Source: Spirochaetota bacterium (GTDB lineage: Bacteria > Spirochaetota > UBA4802 > UBA5550). From it: a stretch of DNA of 64,000 bases. The position numbers were made by a program, and so were the translations under genes. Below the pieces are notes generated by a model. It made no database searches, was not told where the DNA came from, and was given only the letters and a program-made list of their open reading frames with translations. The stretch covers positions 512,001 through 576,000 of the forward strand of contig OY760686.1 of NCBI GenBank assembly GCA_963663865.1, read 5' to 3'. Below are positions 42,175 to 51,345 of this stretch, in pieces. How positions within the stretch are numbered: the stretch's first letter is position 1; every line of letters begins with the position of its first letter.

Positions 42175-42870
42175 GCACTGCGTTTAATCGGGACGGTTTA
42201 GACTGTCCCCTGCCATTGCGCTGTGCGGAGCGCTTTTTTGGCAGGGAGCCTGCCGTCTATTTTCACACTGGGAGTGTGAGATTCTTTTTTTCGTCACTTT
42301 CGTCCGGGCGAAAGTGGTCGACGGCTATTTCGACCTCCTGTCGGCCGTCGACACTTAAGCATCCTGCTTTTCGACCAATGTCTTTTGGCGCCGGAAAGGC
42401 TTGGCTTTTGTTGTTACTCGACTGTTGCAGCGCCGTTATCATCATCCTGATGAAACGGCGCCCGGGCGATTTACTTCCGTGAAAATCGCACTTATTGAAT
42501 TGTTGAGGCAGTAAGCCTATAGTTTCATAATTCTGCCACTGTGTTCCATCCCGCCGATGGGACATCCATGTCCTAAGAATTAGTCACTGTGAATTATTCC
42601 AAAGTGAGATAGCTTTATTATGTCAGGCTCCTTCGGAGCCGGAAAGCGCAGCGTCCTGCTGCGCTTGAGTGATTATGCATTTTGTCATATTACGTTATCA
42701 TATTGATATAACCGTCATTAGGTTCTGGTACCCGGTAGAGCCGGCCAATTTGGACGGCTCTACCTCACCGTGAAACGCAGCATCCCGCGGATGACAAGAT
42801 GAATCGGGAAGCCCAAGGCCGGAACATTGGCGGCAGGTTTTTTTAACCACTTTTTTTATGAAAGAAAAGT
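42175..42870. repeat. Mosaic palindromic (REP/BIME-like) repeat cluster A
   Basis: Modules shared with 44687-44860 and 50639-51345. For example, 42555-42675 vs 50864-50984 show 7 mismatches in 121 nt by manual alignment. Confidence 0.85.
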
Positions 42871-43080
42871 AGCGAATAATTTCTTTGACAGTAATAGTGA
42901 AATATAGATAGGCAATCGGGATTGCATATCATTTTCTTGTACTGTCGATTATTTTATTATGACCATTATCGAAAAAATGATAAAAAGGCTATCGAAGTAT
43001 TATTCGTGTGAGTCTCAAAGTTGTAAGTGAATAAGCATGTCCTGTGCGTAAAAATAATAGAAAAGGAAAATTTGATAGTA

Positions 43081-43506
43081 ATGACTAAAACGACACCTAT
43101 TATTATCATCATAGCTATTTTCTTAAATGCATGTTCTTTACAAATACATGGAAGTAAATGCGAAAAGCCGAAGATCACAAGAATTGGGAATTATACGAAG
43201 AACAGTAAAAGTAACATCATTCGCCATATTGATGATAGTGAGTACAATAAATACGATATTATAGCTCAATATGAATACAGCAAGATAATCCCTATTAAAT
43301 TATACTTTAACAGGACCTTGATTGATTTTATAAACAGAGAAGTCGAACAGTCAAAAATGGCAGCCCGTAGTCTTGGGGGTGACGCTCTTTACATGCATGG
43401 GTACAAGAAGGAATCTGGTTCAGTATATATCGAGCCAAAGATAGAAAAAGGGAAAATATTCTTTAAATTTGATGTCTTAAAACACAGGTTTATGACTCAT
43501 AAGTAA
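43081..43506 (+). CDS. Hypothetical lipoprotein
   Basis: MTKTTPIIIIIAIFLNAC lipobox; AARSLGGDAL motif. Confidence 0.6.
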   Translation: MTKTTPIIIIIAIFLNACSLQIHGSKCEKPKITRIGNYTKNSKSNIIRHIDDSEYNKYDIIAQYEYSKIIPIKLYFNRTLIDFINREVEQSKMAARSLGGDALYMHGYKKESGSVYIEPKIEKGKIFFKFDVLKHRFMTHK

Positions 43507-43540
43507 GTAGAAATTGAGAATTAATATCTAAGAGGACTCA

Positions 43541-44635
43541 ATGAAAAAAGCTGTGTTTTTAATAATAATCTTTCACATATTTTTGGGTTGCGACGGCGGA
43601 CTTTTTGATAATAAGGATGACCGACCTGAAGATATTTCACTGATTGATGGCATGGTAATTGCCGGCAAATTTGTTCCTAAACCTCAATACCCCCAGTTAA
43701 ATGGGGTTACTGCTTATAGTTATAACAACATGTGGACTTTTTCTTATGACGATGAATTCCGTACAAATCCGCGCGTTCTTTGTGCTTCAGCAAATGGTGA
43801 AGATATATATCTTGGCGGGGGCTATGCCAGTGGGCAGAATGGATACTGGAAAAACGGGAACTTTATTGAAATAGATAATGTCCAGTTTGGATTTGTTCGT
43901 GATATTCTTTTCAGCAATACTGTAATGTTCGCTGTGGCAGATGTAGAAAACTGGTATACTCAAATTATACGCAATGCAGGGGTATACCTTTTTTCCTTTC
44001 AGTCCGGGAATGACGAGCTATTAGAAATTAAGAGATGTGGAGAATTGACCGATGCAGGGTGTATTGTATTAAATGGGAAAGACATTCTGGTTGGGGGAAG
44101 GATTGCGGGAGCCCCGGCATACTGGGACAAAGATGAAATCCATAATATGAGCATTACTGACAGAGAGTCAATTTCAGGAATGATTTTGACAATGGCGGTT
44201 TATGAGGATGATGTATATGCCGGGGGCATAGTACTGGATCATGACGACAATCCTCTTTGCGGTTATTGGAAGAATTCTGAATGGGTGCCGCTTGAAACTC
44301 CCGTGGGAGGATATGTACAATCTATTTCTGTTAATGATGATGGCCTGTTCGTTGGGATAAAATACGATTCAAATAAAAAGTCTGGCTATTGGTTTAACGA
44401 TATCTGGTATGATTTGGATGATCCTTATGGAAATTATTTCAGTATGACTTCTATGGCAGTTGATGGCACCGATGTATATGTTTCAGGTTATTCAGCTATA
44501 TGGGACGAAAGCGTTTCAGAAGCCAATGAATGCAGAGGAGGATATTTCAAAAATAGTGAATGGAATGAATTGAGCAGTGAAGTTGCAGGTGAGGAGTATG
44601 AATACTTTTATCCTGCGGAAATAATTGTGAAGTAA
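43541..44635 (+). CDS. Lipoprotein with repeated GYWKNG-type (beta-propeller-like) units
   Basis: Lipobox FLGC. Repeats DIYLGG..GYWKNG, DILVGG..AYWDKD, DVYAGG..GYWKNS, GYWFND, DVYVSG..GYFKNS. Confidence 0.75.
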   Translation: MKKAVFLIIIFHIFLGCDGGLFDNKDDRPEDISLIDGMVIAGKFVPKPQYPQLNGVTAYSYNNMWTFSYDDEFRTNPRVLCASANGEDIYLGGGYASGQNGYWKNGNFIEIDNVQFGFVRDILFSNTVMFAVADVENWYTQIIRNAGVYLFSFQSGNDELLEIKRCGELTDAGCIVLNGKDILVGGRIAGAPAYWDKDEIHNMSITDRESISGMILTMAVYEDDVYAGGIVLDHDDNPLCGYWKNSEWVPLETPVGGYVQSISVNDDGLFVGIKYDSNKKSGYWFNDIWYDLDDPYGNYFSMTSMAVDGTDVYVSGYSAIWDESVSEANECRGGYFKNSEWNELSSEVAGEEYEYFYPAEIIVK

Positions 44636-44686
44636 ATTCATTTTGCCACTTTTTTGTAGCGCCCAAAAACACGATTGGTTTTTTAC

Positions 44687-44860
44687 GGCAGGGAGCCTGC
44701 ATCCATTTTCACACTGAGAGCGTGGCGCTGCGTTTAATCGGGACGGTCTCGACCGTTCCCCTGTCACTGTTTTCTGTGCAGAGCGCACGGGCATTTCTTT
44801 TGCCACTGCGCTGCGTGACTCGCTTTTCTTTTAGCAGTGAGCCTGTTGTCTATTTTTACG
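44687..44860. repeat. Mosaic palindromic repeat cluster B
   Basis: GGCAGGGAGCCTGC..TTTTCACACTG (44687-44724) and CTGCGTTTAATCGGGACGGT (from 44728) are also present in cluster A. Confidence 0.8.
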
Positions 44861-45056
44861 CCTCGCTTGAAAAACCTCAGCCATTGCGAGAAAACATAGT
44901 CTTGAATAGTATCGTGTTCTCGTCATTTAGTATTATTGGCTGCTTTGACGCTTACAGTGTAACTGTTTAATTTTAATCTGAGAATACCCTCCCTGTCTTT
45001 CTTCTTATCCCTCGAAAATTATTCAAACGACAAATAATTTATGTAATTTCTTCTAC

Positions 45057-45099
45057 CCTTGTCGGGAAGGACGACAGCCCGGGAAGGGTGTGATATTTT
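45057..45099 (+). promoter_or_regulatory. Putative regulator site overlapping -35, with -10 TATTTT
   Basis: CCTTGTCGGGAAGGACGACA contains TGTCG-N7-CGACA and is 18/20 identical to 61859-61878(-). ACGACA-N17-TATTTT spacing. Confidence 0.55.
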
Positions 45100-45201
45100 T
45101 CCTTAAAGTTTAGGTTTTGTGTGAACAGGTGTAAACCCTTTCTGTGGCGCGGTTCGTCGTGATTGATTTTGGCTTATAATTAAGTCGTTGAGGGAGGTTA
45201 T

Positions 45202-46377
45202 ATGCAATCAGCTAATCATCAGATTGATGTCTTTCCGGATGTAGTAGTAAACCCGGCGGGTGCGGTTGTTATTAATAAAGACAACATTGAAACTTCAATA
45301 AGATTTATAGCTAATGATGGAAAAATAAAAGTAATCTCAAAAGTCTTCCCGCGTCTAACAGCTATTACAAAAGAGATCAAAAAATGGCTTAATAATAACA
45401 TGGTAAAAGATGTTGCTGTTCAAGGAGGCGGATGTAGCTGGAAGATGATCTGGAATAGTTTTGAAGATTCATTTAACCTTCATCTTACTCACTTCAATGA
45501 TCAAGTGTCCATGCCAGAAACTCCTCACCAAAAAAAAAGCGAATCTGAAAAAATATCCGAGCTACTTCAGTATGGCTTATTAAAAATAAAATTTATCCCT
45601 GACAGACTTACAAGAGAGTTGCGGGATCTTACAAGAATGCGGGAGGGCTTGATTGAAAGAAAATCAGTGCTGGGATGCAGAATTCAGTCAATTCTGGAAG
45701 AAGTCGGTATAACACCTGCGTCTTTAAGGAGCTATAATAATAGACCAATTTATAGAAAGGCTGGTTGGCATAGTGTAGTTGAAAATCTGATAGAAATTTG
45801 TGATTCCAGTCCTGTTTCAGAGCACAGTAAATACATTTTGGATATTCTTGCATCTGATTATAAGAAGGCTGATAAGAGTATTATGCGGCTTTCAGCCAGG
45901 ATAGCTCTTATGAGTGGAAGATATGAAAAACAGATTTCAGGACTTATGCAAATACCAGGCCTCTCAAGAAGGTACGCAGAGAGGATATTGGCCGAGACAG
46001 GAACTGATTACGATCGTTTTGATTCGCATAAAGCTCTGTTGGCGTGGGGTGGTATGTTTCCCCCACCTGCTCATGGTGATGGGGAAAGAACTATGGGGAA
46101 AAACGGAAAGGAATGGTTTAAACGTGCAATTGCCGATTCCGCCATTGCTGCCGCAAATGCTGCAAACTCAACACTTGCAAGAAAGTATACCATGCTTGAA
46201 TCTGAATATGGTATCAGAAAAGCTATGTCAGTTATTAAGCAGGACGTGGTCTATCTGATTTACAATATTATCAGGGAAGGAAAGAGCTATAGTGAATTAA
46301 GAGACTTTATCGAATTTAGTGAAGATACACATACATTATCAAAACCATATAAAATATGGGATGCCTCAATACCATGA
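45202..46377 (+). CDS. IS110-family transposase/recombinase homolog, apparently catalytically inactive
   Basis: IS110 signatures FIPDRLTRELRDLTRMR and LMQIPGLSRRYAERILAETGTDYDRFDSHKALLAWGGMFP. DEDD positions and the Tnp-domain Ser appear substituted. GGGAGG RBS. Confidence 0.82.
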   Translation: MQSANHQIDVFPDVVVNPAGAVVINKDNIETSIRFIANDGKIKVISKVFPRLTAITKEIKKWLNNNMVKDVAVQGGGCSWKMIWNSFEDSFNLHLTHFNDQVSMPETPHQKKSESEKISELLQYGLLKIKFIPDRLTRELRDLTRMREGLIERKSVLGCRIQSILEEVGITPASLRSYNNRPIYRKAGWHSVVENLIEICDSSPVSEHSKYILDILASDYKKADKSIMRLSARIALMSGRYEKQISGLMQIPGLSRRYAERILAETGTDYDRFDSHKALLAWGGMFPPPAHGDGERTMGKNGKEWFKRAIADSAIAAANAANSTLARKYTMLESEYGIRKAMSVIKQDVVYLIYNIIREGKSYSELRDFIEFSEDTHTLSKPYKIWDASIP

Positions 46378-46518
46378 TATCATGAATATAAATTCAGTTT
46401 CAGACAGCGCATTGAGATACAAATTCCCTATGTTCGAGGGTATTTTTCTTAATTTAAACAACAGCGGAGTCTGTGCTGATTATATATATTTTTATTAAAC
46501 TATTTTAGGAGGATTTTT

Positions 46519-48693
46519 TTGATGAAAAAAATTCTGGTACTTTTAAGTCTCTCCTGCGCCTTTTTCTTTGGCTGCGGGGATGACGGGGACGATTCGAAGA
46601 AAGTGGATGATGACACGTGTGTAAGTGTCTACTGTGATGAATCGGGATTACTCGAACAGCCAGCGATTGGAGTCAGAGACGGAAGCGGGAAAACGGTTAT
46701 TACGGTCGATGGTTACCAGTTTAAGGATTCTAATGGTAACGGAACTCTGGATGCCTACGAGGATTGGAGGCTTTCCGTCTCGGAGAGGGCAGAAGACTTG
46801 GTTGCAAGAATGACGGCTAATGAAAAGGCAGGATTTATAAATGCTCCCAGCGCGAGTGGAATGACAACAACAACAGGATCTCTTAAGAACGATGATGGTA
46901 CCTGGATCGAAACAAATTCAGGATATACATCTATTACGACTCTTTTTAGAAGATTCGGAATGATCACTTTGTCATCCTCGGATCAACCGGCACGGATTGC
47001 AACTTATAATAATAGTTTAAATGAAATCTGTGAAGGAGTATTGCGGGAGGATGGTTCAACTGGACTTGGAATTCCATTTGTCACCTGCACCAATCCGACT
47101 CATGGAACCAACTCTAACTCAACAAGTTTAATTTCTGCCTGGCCGTATGCAATTGGTCTTGGCGCTATTACAGATTCTTCTGTTATTGAAAAATATGCTT
47201 CAACAGTGAGGGCTGAGTTGACGGCGCTGGGAATCCGTTCTTATTACGGACCGCTCGCAGATGTTGCAACCGAGCCAAGGTGGGGCCGACAGAATGAAAC
47301 TTTTGGATCAAGCCCTGAAAGGGTGGCATCTTTTTCAACGATTGTGGTAAGAGCCCTTCAGGGAGGGAATTCTCTCAAGCCGGGAGGCATTGTATGCGCG
47401 ATCAAGCATTTCCCTGGGCATGGAGCTCAGTGGCGGGGTTATGACTCACATTACAAAATGGGTCAATATGTTGTCAACCCAGGAGACAACTTCGATATGC
47501 ATATTGCTCCGTTTGAGAAGGTATTCAGAGAAGTTGCTCCGGCTGCATGTATGCCGTGTTACGCAATTTACCAGGATCAGCCTTTTGAGAAGGTATCTCC
47601 AGGTTACAACGCAGAAATTATGAATGATCTGGGACGCGATCAACTTGGTTTTACTGGTTATTACACTTCAGACTGGGGGATTTTCGGAATGGGTGGAAGC
47701 CTTACTGCACCTCCTAGTACCGCAACTTTTGCAGCATGGGGTGTTGAGGGGTTGAGTTTAGAAGAAAAATTAGGCAAAGCCATGGATGCCGGAATGGATC
47801 AGCTTGGTGGCCATGGAAGTATAATGGATATAATAAGTGCGTTAAGTTACGGTAATCTTTCCGAAGAGACTCTGGACAGGGCGTGTGTCAATATCCTGAA
47901 AGGATATTTCACAATGGGTCTTTTTGAGAATCCCTATGTTGATGTGGATGCCGCTACGGATATTTGTAATACTGCAGAAAGTCAGGCTGCAGGACTGGAT
48001 GCAATGCACAAATCTATTGTTATGGTAAAAAACAGCGCTACGTTGCCGGCAGCATCGGGGATCAGTATTTATTATGACGGTACTGTAGATGGATCGGATG
48101 CAACCCAGGCTACATTTATCAATGAAACGTATGGTGCAACAGTTGAAACTGATATCACACAGGCTGACATTGCTGTAATAAGGATAAACGGACCCACACA
48201 TAGCAGGTACTATCCGAATGAGCCTACATTTTTGGGTTATCTGGGACCAAGCAGTCGTTCTCTGCAGTTTTTAGATGAAGAGCCAGACGTGCAGTATGGT
48301 GGTTCATACACTGTAGATTATACTGATGCTCTTGGTAACGTCCATTATGGAGTTATGTTGTCAACAAACATTGACCAGTATGAGAAAGTTATGAACGCAA
48401 AAAAAGAGATTATTGACGCTGGAGCTTCCACCAAACTTGTCGTGCTTGTTAATGCAGACAGGCCTCTGGTCATGAAAGAGTTTATAGATTACGTGGATGC
48501 CGCTTTTCTGACATTTGGTGCCAGCGATCAGGCTGTTCTGGATATTCTATTCTCAAAAGAGGGCCTTAAGCCTACTGGGGTTCTCCCTTTTGAAATACCC
48601 TCTTCTGATGATCAGGTTGAAGCACAGCTCGAAGACCTTCGAGATGATACATCTAATCCTCTATATAAGGCAGGTTATTCTCTGACTTATTAA
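46519..48693 (+). CDS. Glycoside hydrolase family 3 lipoprotein, paralog #3
   Basis: Lipobox FFGC, DSNGNGTLDAYEDW, EPRWGR, IKHFPG, MPCY, YTSDWG, PTGVLPF. Confidence 0.9.
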   Translation: MMKKILVLLSLSCAFFFGCGDDGDDSKKVDDDTCVSVYCDESGLLEQPAIGVRDGSGKTVITVDGYQFKDSNGNGTLDAYEDWRLSVSERAEDLVARMTANEKAGFINAPSASGMTTTTGSLKNDDGTWIETNSGYTSITTLFRRFGMITLSSSDQPARIATYNNSLNEICEGVLREDGSTGLGIPFVTCTNPTHGTNSNSTSLISAWPYAIGLGAITDSSVIEKYASTVRAELTALGIRSYYGPLADVATEPRWGRQNETFGSSPERVASFSTIVVRALQGGNSLKPGGIVCAIKHFPGHGAQWRGYDSHYKMGQYVVNPGDNFDMHIAPFEKVFREVAPAACMPCYAIYQDQPFEKVSPGYNAEIMNDLGRDQLGFTGYYTSDWGIFGMGGSLTAPPSTATFAAWGVEGLSLEEKLGKAMDAGMDQLGGHGSIMDIISALSYGNLSEETLDRACVNILKGYFTMGLFENPYVDVDAATDICNTAESQAAGLDAMHKSIVMVKNSATLPAASGISIYYDGTVDGSDATQATFINETYGATVETDITQADIAVIRINGPTHSRYYPNEPTFLGYLGPSSRSLQFLDEEPDVQYGGSYTVDYTDALGNVHYGVMLSTNIDQYEKVMNAKKEIIDAGASTKLVVLVNADRPLVMKEFIDYVDAAFLTFGASDQAVLDILFSKEGLKPTGVLPFEIPSSDDQVEAQLEDLRDDTSNPLYKAGYSLTY

Positions 48694-48717
48694 GAAAGAC
48701 TATTCTGAAGTATTCCT

Positions 48718-48750
48718 GCTCCCCGGCATTTCCTGTCGGGGAGTGTTTTA
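48718..48750 (+). terminator. Hairpin between GH3 #3 and AraC
   Basis: GCTCCCCGGCA-TTTCC-TGTCGGGGAGT followed by GTTTT. Confidence 0.6.
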
Positions 48751-48913
48751 GAAAATATCTGAAACTGCCAGCCAGCAGTTGGCAGTTGTGGATGAGGTAA
48801 GTCTGAGTTTCTGTGTCGATATATTTGCTTTGGGGTTGAATCTGTCATACTTTCTTGATGCCATCGGGTTTCTGAAAAAACTAAAATTCAGCGTTGTGGA
48901 TAAAGTCGAAATA

Positions 48914-50098
48914 ATGATTAAGTATAATATAATTACGATAATAGCAATACTCGGATTTGGTCAGGGAGTATTTCTTGCAATTGTTCTGGCAACATCAAAG
49001 CAGAACCGTCAGTCCAACAGGATACTATCAATTTTTATGTTGATACAAGCCGTTGTTTTAGCTTCAAACTGTGTTTTTTCGCCGGATGTACAGTTGAACC
49101 TGCCGCATCTTTTACGAATCGACTGGCCGCTCTCAATGGCTTTTGGGCCTATTTTTTATTTTTATTATTCCTCCATTCTTGAAAAAAATTTCAAGTTTAA
49201 AGCTTACCATATTCTTCTTTTTATTCCATTTTTTTTATCAGTGCTGTTTCTAATGCCTCTATTTGTGCTGGATGGAGCCGCTAAATCTGATATCCTGCAT
49301 GCATCCTTTAATGGGTTGCCTTTGCATGCCTCGTATTCCAGGAATTTCAAGTATGTAGTTCCGGCGCTTCAGATGCAGATGATTATTTATTGTTGGATAT
49401 GTATTTGCAGGATAATAAAATACAGAAAAGAACTTTATGATTATAAATCAAATATAAGTAAAGAGAGTCTTTCATGGCTTTTATACCTTTCCATAATAAT
49501 GATTGTAACATACATACTCAATTTTATTGGTTTTATAGTAACGATTTATTTTCTTGATAAGTCTCTGAGTTACGTTTATGTCCATGATAGCATTGGTGCC
49601 ATGATAGCCCGTAATATAGCCCCTCTTGAGTTTGCTTTGCTCACATACATGATTGGTTATAAAGCCTTAAAACAGAGTGAACTATCAATAATCAGAGAAT
49701 TCCCGAAGACGCAGAGGAAATATGAGAAGTCATCCTTAACCGATGAAGAGAGCAAATCTATTATGAGTGAACTTTCCACCATCATGACAGAGGAAAAGCC
49801 CTATATGGATTCAAATCTTACAATTATTTCACTCGCGGAAAGACTATCAATTAGCCGTCATCATCTGTCTCAGGTTATAAACAGGGAAATGGGTCAGAAT
49901 TTTTATGAATTTATTAATACCTATCGTATTTATGAAATACAATCACGACTTCTGATTGATATGGGTGGGAGTGAAAATATTCTTGACGTTGCCTTTAAAG
50001 TAGGGTTTGACTCCAAGTCGGCATTCTATAAATACTTCAGGAATATTATGGGTATAACACCCAAACAATATATTGCAGGTAACAAGTTGAACAACTAA
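48914..50098 (+). CDS. Membrane-anchored (about 7 TM) AraC-family transcriptional regulator
   Basis: Hydrophobic N-terminal helices. C-terminal HTH HHLSQVIN...NFYEFINTYR...VAFKVGFDSKSAFYKYFRNIMGITP. Confidence 0.9.
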   Translation: MIKYNIITIIAILGFGQGVFLAIVLATSKQNRQSNRILSIFMLIQAVVLASNCVFSPDVQLNLPHLLRIDWPLSMAFGPIFYFYYSSILEKNFKFKAYHILLFIPFFLSVLFLMPLFVLDGAAKSDILHASFNGLPLHASYSRNFKYVVPALQMQMIIYCWICICRIIKYRKELYDYKSNISKESLSWLLYLSIIMIVTYILNFIGFIVTIYFLDKSLSYVYVHDSIGAMIARNIAPLEFALLTYMIGYKALKQSELSIIREFPKTQRKYEKSSLTDEESKSIMSELSTIMTEEKPYMDSNLTIISLAERLSISRHHLSQVINREMGQNFYEFINTYRIYEIQSRLLIDMGGSENILDVAFKVGFDSKSAFYKYFRNIMGITPKQYIAGNKLNN

Positions 50099-50120
50099 AC
50101 ATCATAAGCATAATTGCTGA

Positions 50121-50259
50121 TCAAAAGTTATAAAAAAAACCCACAGCAGGGGATTTTAAAAGTGTTATCGTTTCTTTCAGCTTTCCTATATCCTTGGACC
50201 TGATCGGGTCAGTTTTTTACGTCTTTTTTGAATTGATTCGACCGGATAATTGTCAGCAT
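50121..50259 (-). pseudogene. yafQ: Truncated, frameshifted YafQ/RelE-family toxin
   Basis: The ATG overlaps the antitoxin stop (TAATG). It reads MLTIIRSNQFKKDVKN*, and the sequence continues in a shifted frame as KDIGKLKETITLLK, which resembles the YafQ N-terminus. The C-terminal half is absent. Confidence 0.7.
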
Positions 50260-50522
50260 TAGATTCCAAGATCGTCGAAAAGATCTTCAACTTTTTCGAA
50301 TTTATTCGAGTTCCTCTTTTTCCTGGAATCATCGATAGCCCTTAAAGTAATCTGATTTGGAAGCTTTACGCTAAAGGGTATTCCCTGGTTTGCAACAATT
50401 TGATGATAATACATATTTATTGCTGTAGAGTGATTGAGACCCAGCTTATCAAGGATCTTTCCAACCTCATCCTTGAGTTCTTTCTCTGTTCTGACGGATA
50501 ACGTTGTATTTGCCTGTGACAT
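50259..50522 (-). CDS. dinJ: RelB/DinJ family antitoxin
   Basis: SVRTEKELKDEV..ILDKLGLNHSTAINMYYHQIV...GIPF...EDLFDDLGI. Confidence 0.88.
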   Translation of the reverse strand: MSQANTTLSVRTEKELKDEVGKILDKLGLNHSTAINMYYHQIVANQGIPFSVKLPNQITLRAIDDSRKKRNSNKFEKVEDLFDDLGI

Positions 50523-50638
50523 GGTATTGCCTTTTTATGTAAAAGTATTTCTTATAATGTAACACATAATAATTACATTGTCAATGCATTATATGTTATT
50601 TGTATTTATGTTGTGACATGTTGTCAATGACAAGGCGT

Positions 50639-51345
50639 CTGCCGTCTTTTTTCACGCTGAGAGCGTGGCACCTCTTTTGCCGCTTTTTGACCGGTTTTTT
50701 TGCCGTAGGCTTTAACTCGCTCAGCTGTGCGACTCGTTTTTCTCCTGGCAGGGAGCCTGCCGGCCATTTTCACACTGGGAGTGTGAGACCCTTTTCCGTT
50801 ACTTTCTTTTTTCGTGCCAAAAAAGAAAGTAACCAAAGAAAAAGGGCATGCCTGCGCGGCATGCGATGGGACATCCATGTCCTAAGAATTAGCCACTATG
50901 AATTATTTCAAAGAGTGATAGCTTTATTATGTCAGACTCCTTCGGAGCCGGAATGCGCAGCGTCCTGCTGCGCTTGAGTGATTAAATTATTTATTTCATG
51001 AAGTAACTGATTGTTTTATTCCGCCATTGTGTTTTGCCGACTCATCGCAGTCATACGCGGAAGAAGGGCGAGAATGTCTGAGCCTGCGTAGCAGGCGAGT
51101 TTCGCAGCCCCCGCGGATGACAAGAGGAGGAGGGAAGCCGAAGGCCGGAACATTGGCGGCAGATTTCTTTTGACCACTTTTCTTATAAAAGAAAAGTGGT
51201 GAGAAAACCCTGATGAAACGGCACCCGGACGATTTGCTTCCATGCAAATCGCACTGGTTGAGTCGTTGTTGTAGGGTGCATCCAATGTCTTATCCCGACA
51301 TTTTTTTGCCGACGGCTATTTCGATTTCCTTGCCGCTGTCGGCAC
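50639..51345. repeat. Mosaic palindromic repeat cluster C
   Basis: Same modules as cluster A in a different order, plus hairpins ACTTTCTTTTT..AAAAAGAAAGT and GCCTGCGTAGCAGGC. Confidence 0.85.

Noticed and set aside
42135-42180. att-site duplication of the ychF 3' end at the far side of the island
   Set aside because: Only CGGCACTG recurs near 51340, which is too short, and no integrase is present.
42240-42281. Resemblance of GAGCCTGCC/CACTGGGA to cobalamin riboswitch elements
   Set aside because: The element order is wrong, and it is a short multi-copy hairpin not upstream of B12 genes.
42446-42492. Hammerhead-ribozyme-like CTGATGA...GAAA in repeat module M5
   Set aside because: The second copy (51209) has GCAAA instead of GAAA and forms a different perfect hairpin (CGATTTGC..GCAAATCG). 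Stems I and III are not evident.
42216-42565. Short ORFs in repeat clusters (also 44516-44970 and 50600-51285)
   Set aside because: They are translations of palindromic repeat DNA, with no RBS or protein motifs.
44983-46444. AATACCCTC (44983) / GAGGGTATT (46436) as subterminal inverted repeats of the IS110-like element
   Set aside because: Only 9 bp, which could be chance. Element ends cannot be defined without an empty site.
42175-51345. CRISPR or TIGR-type array
   Set aside because: No regularly spaced identical repeats with unique spacers, and no cas genes.
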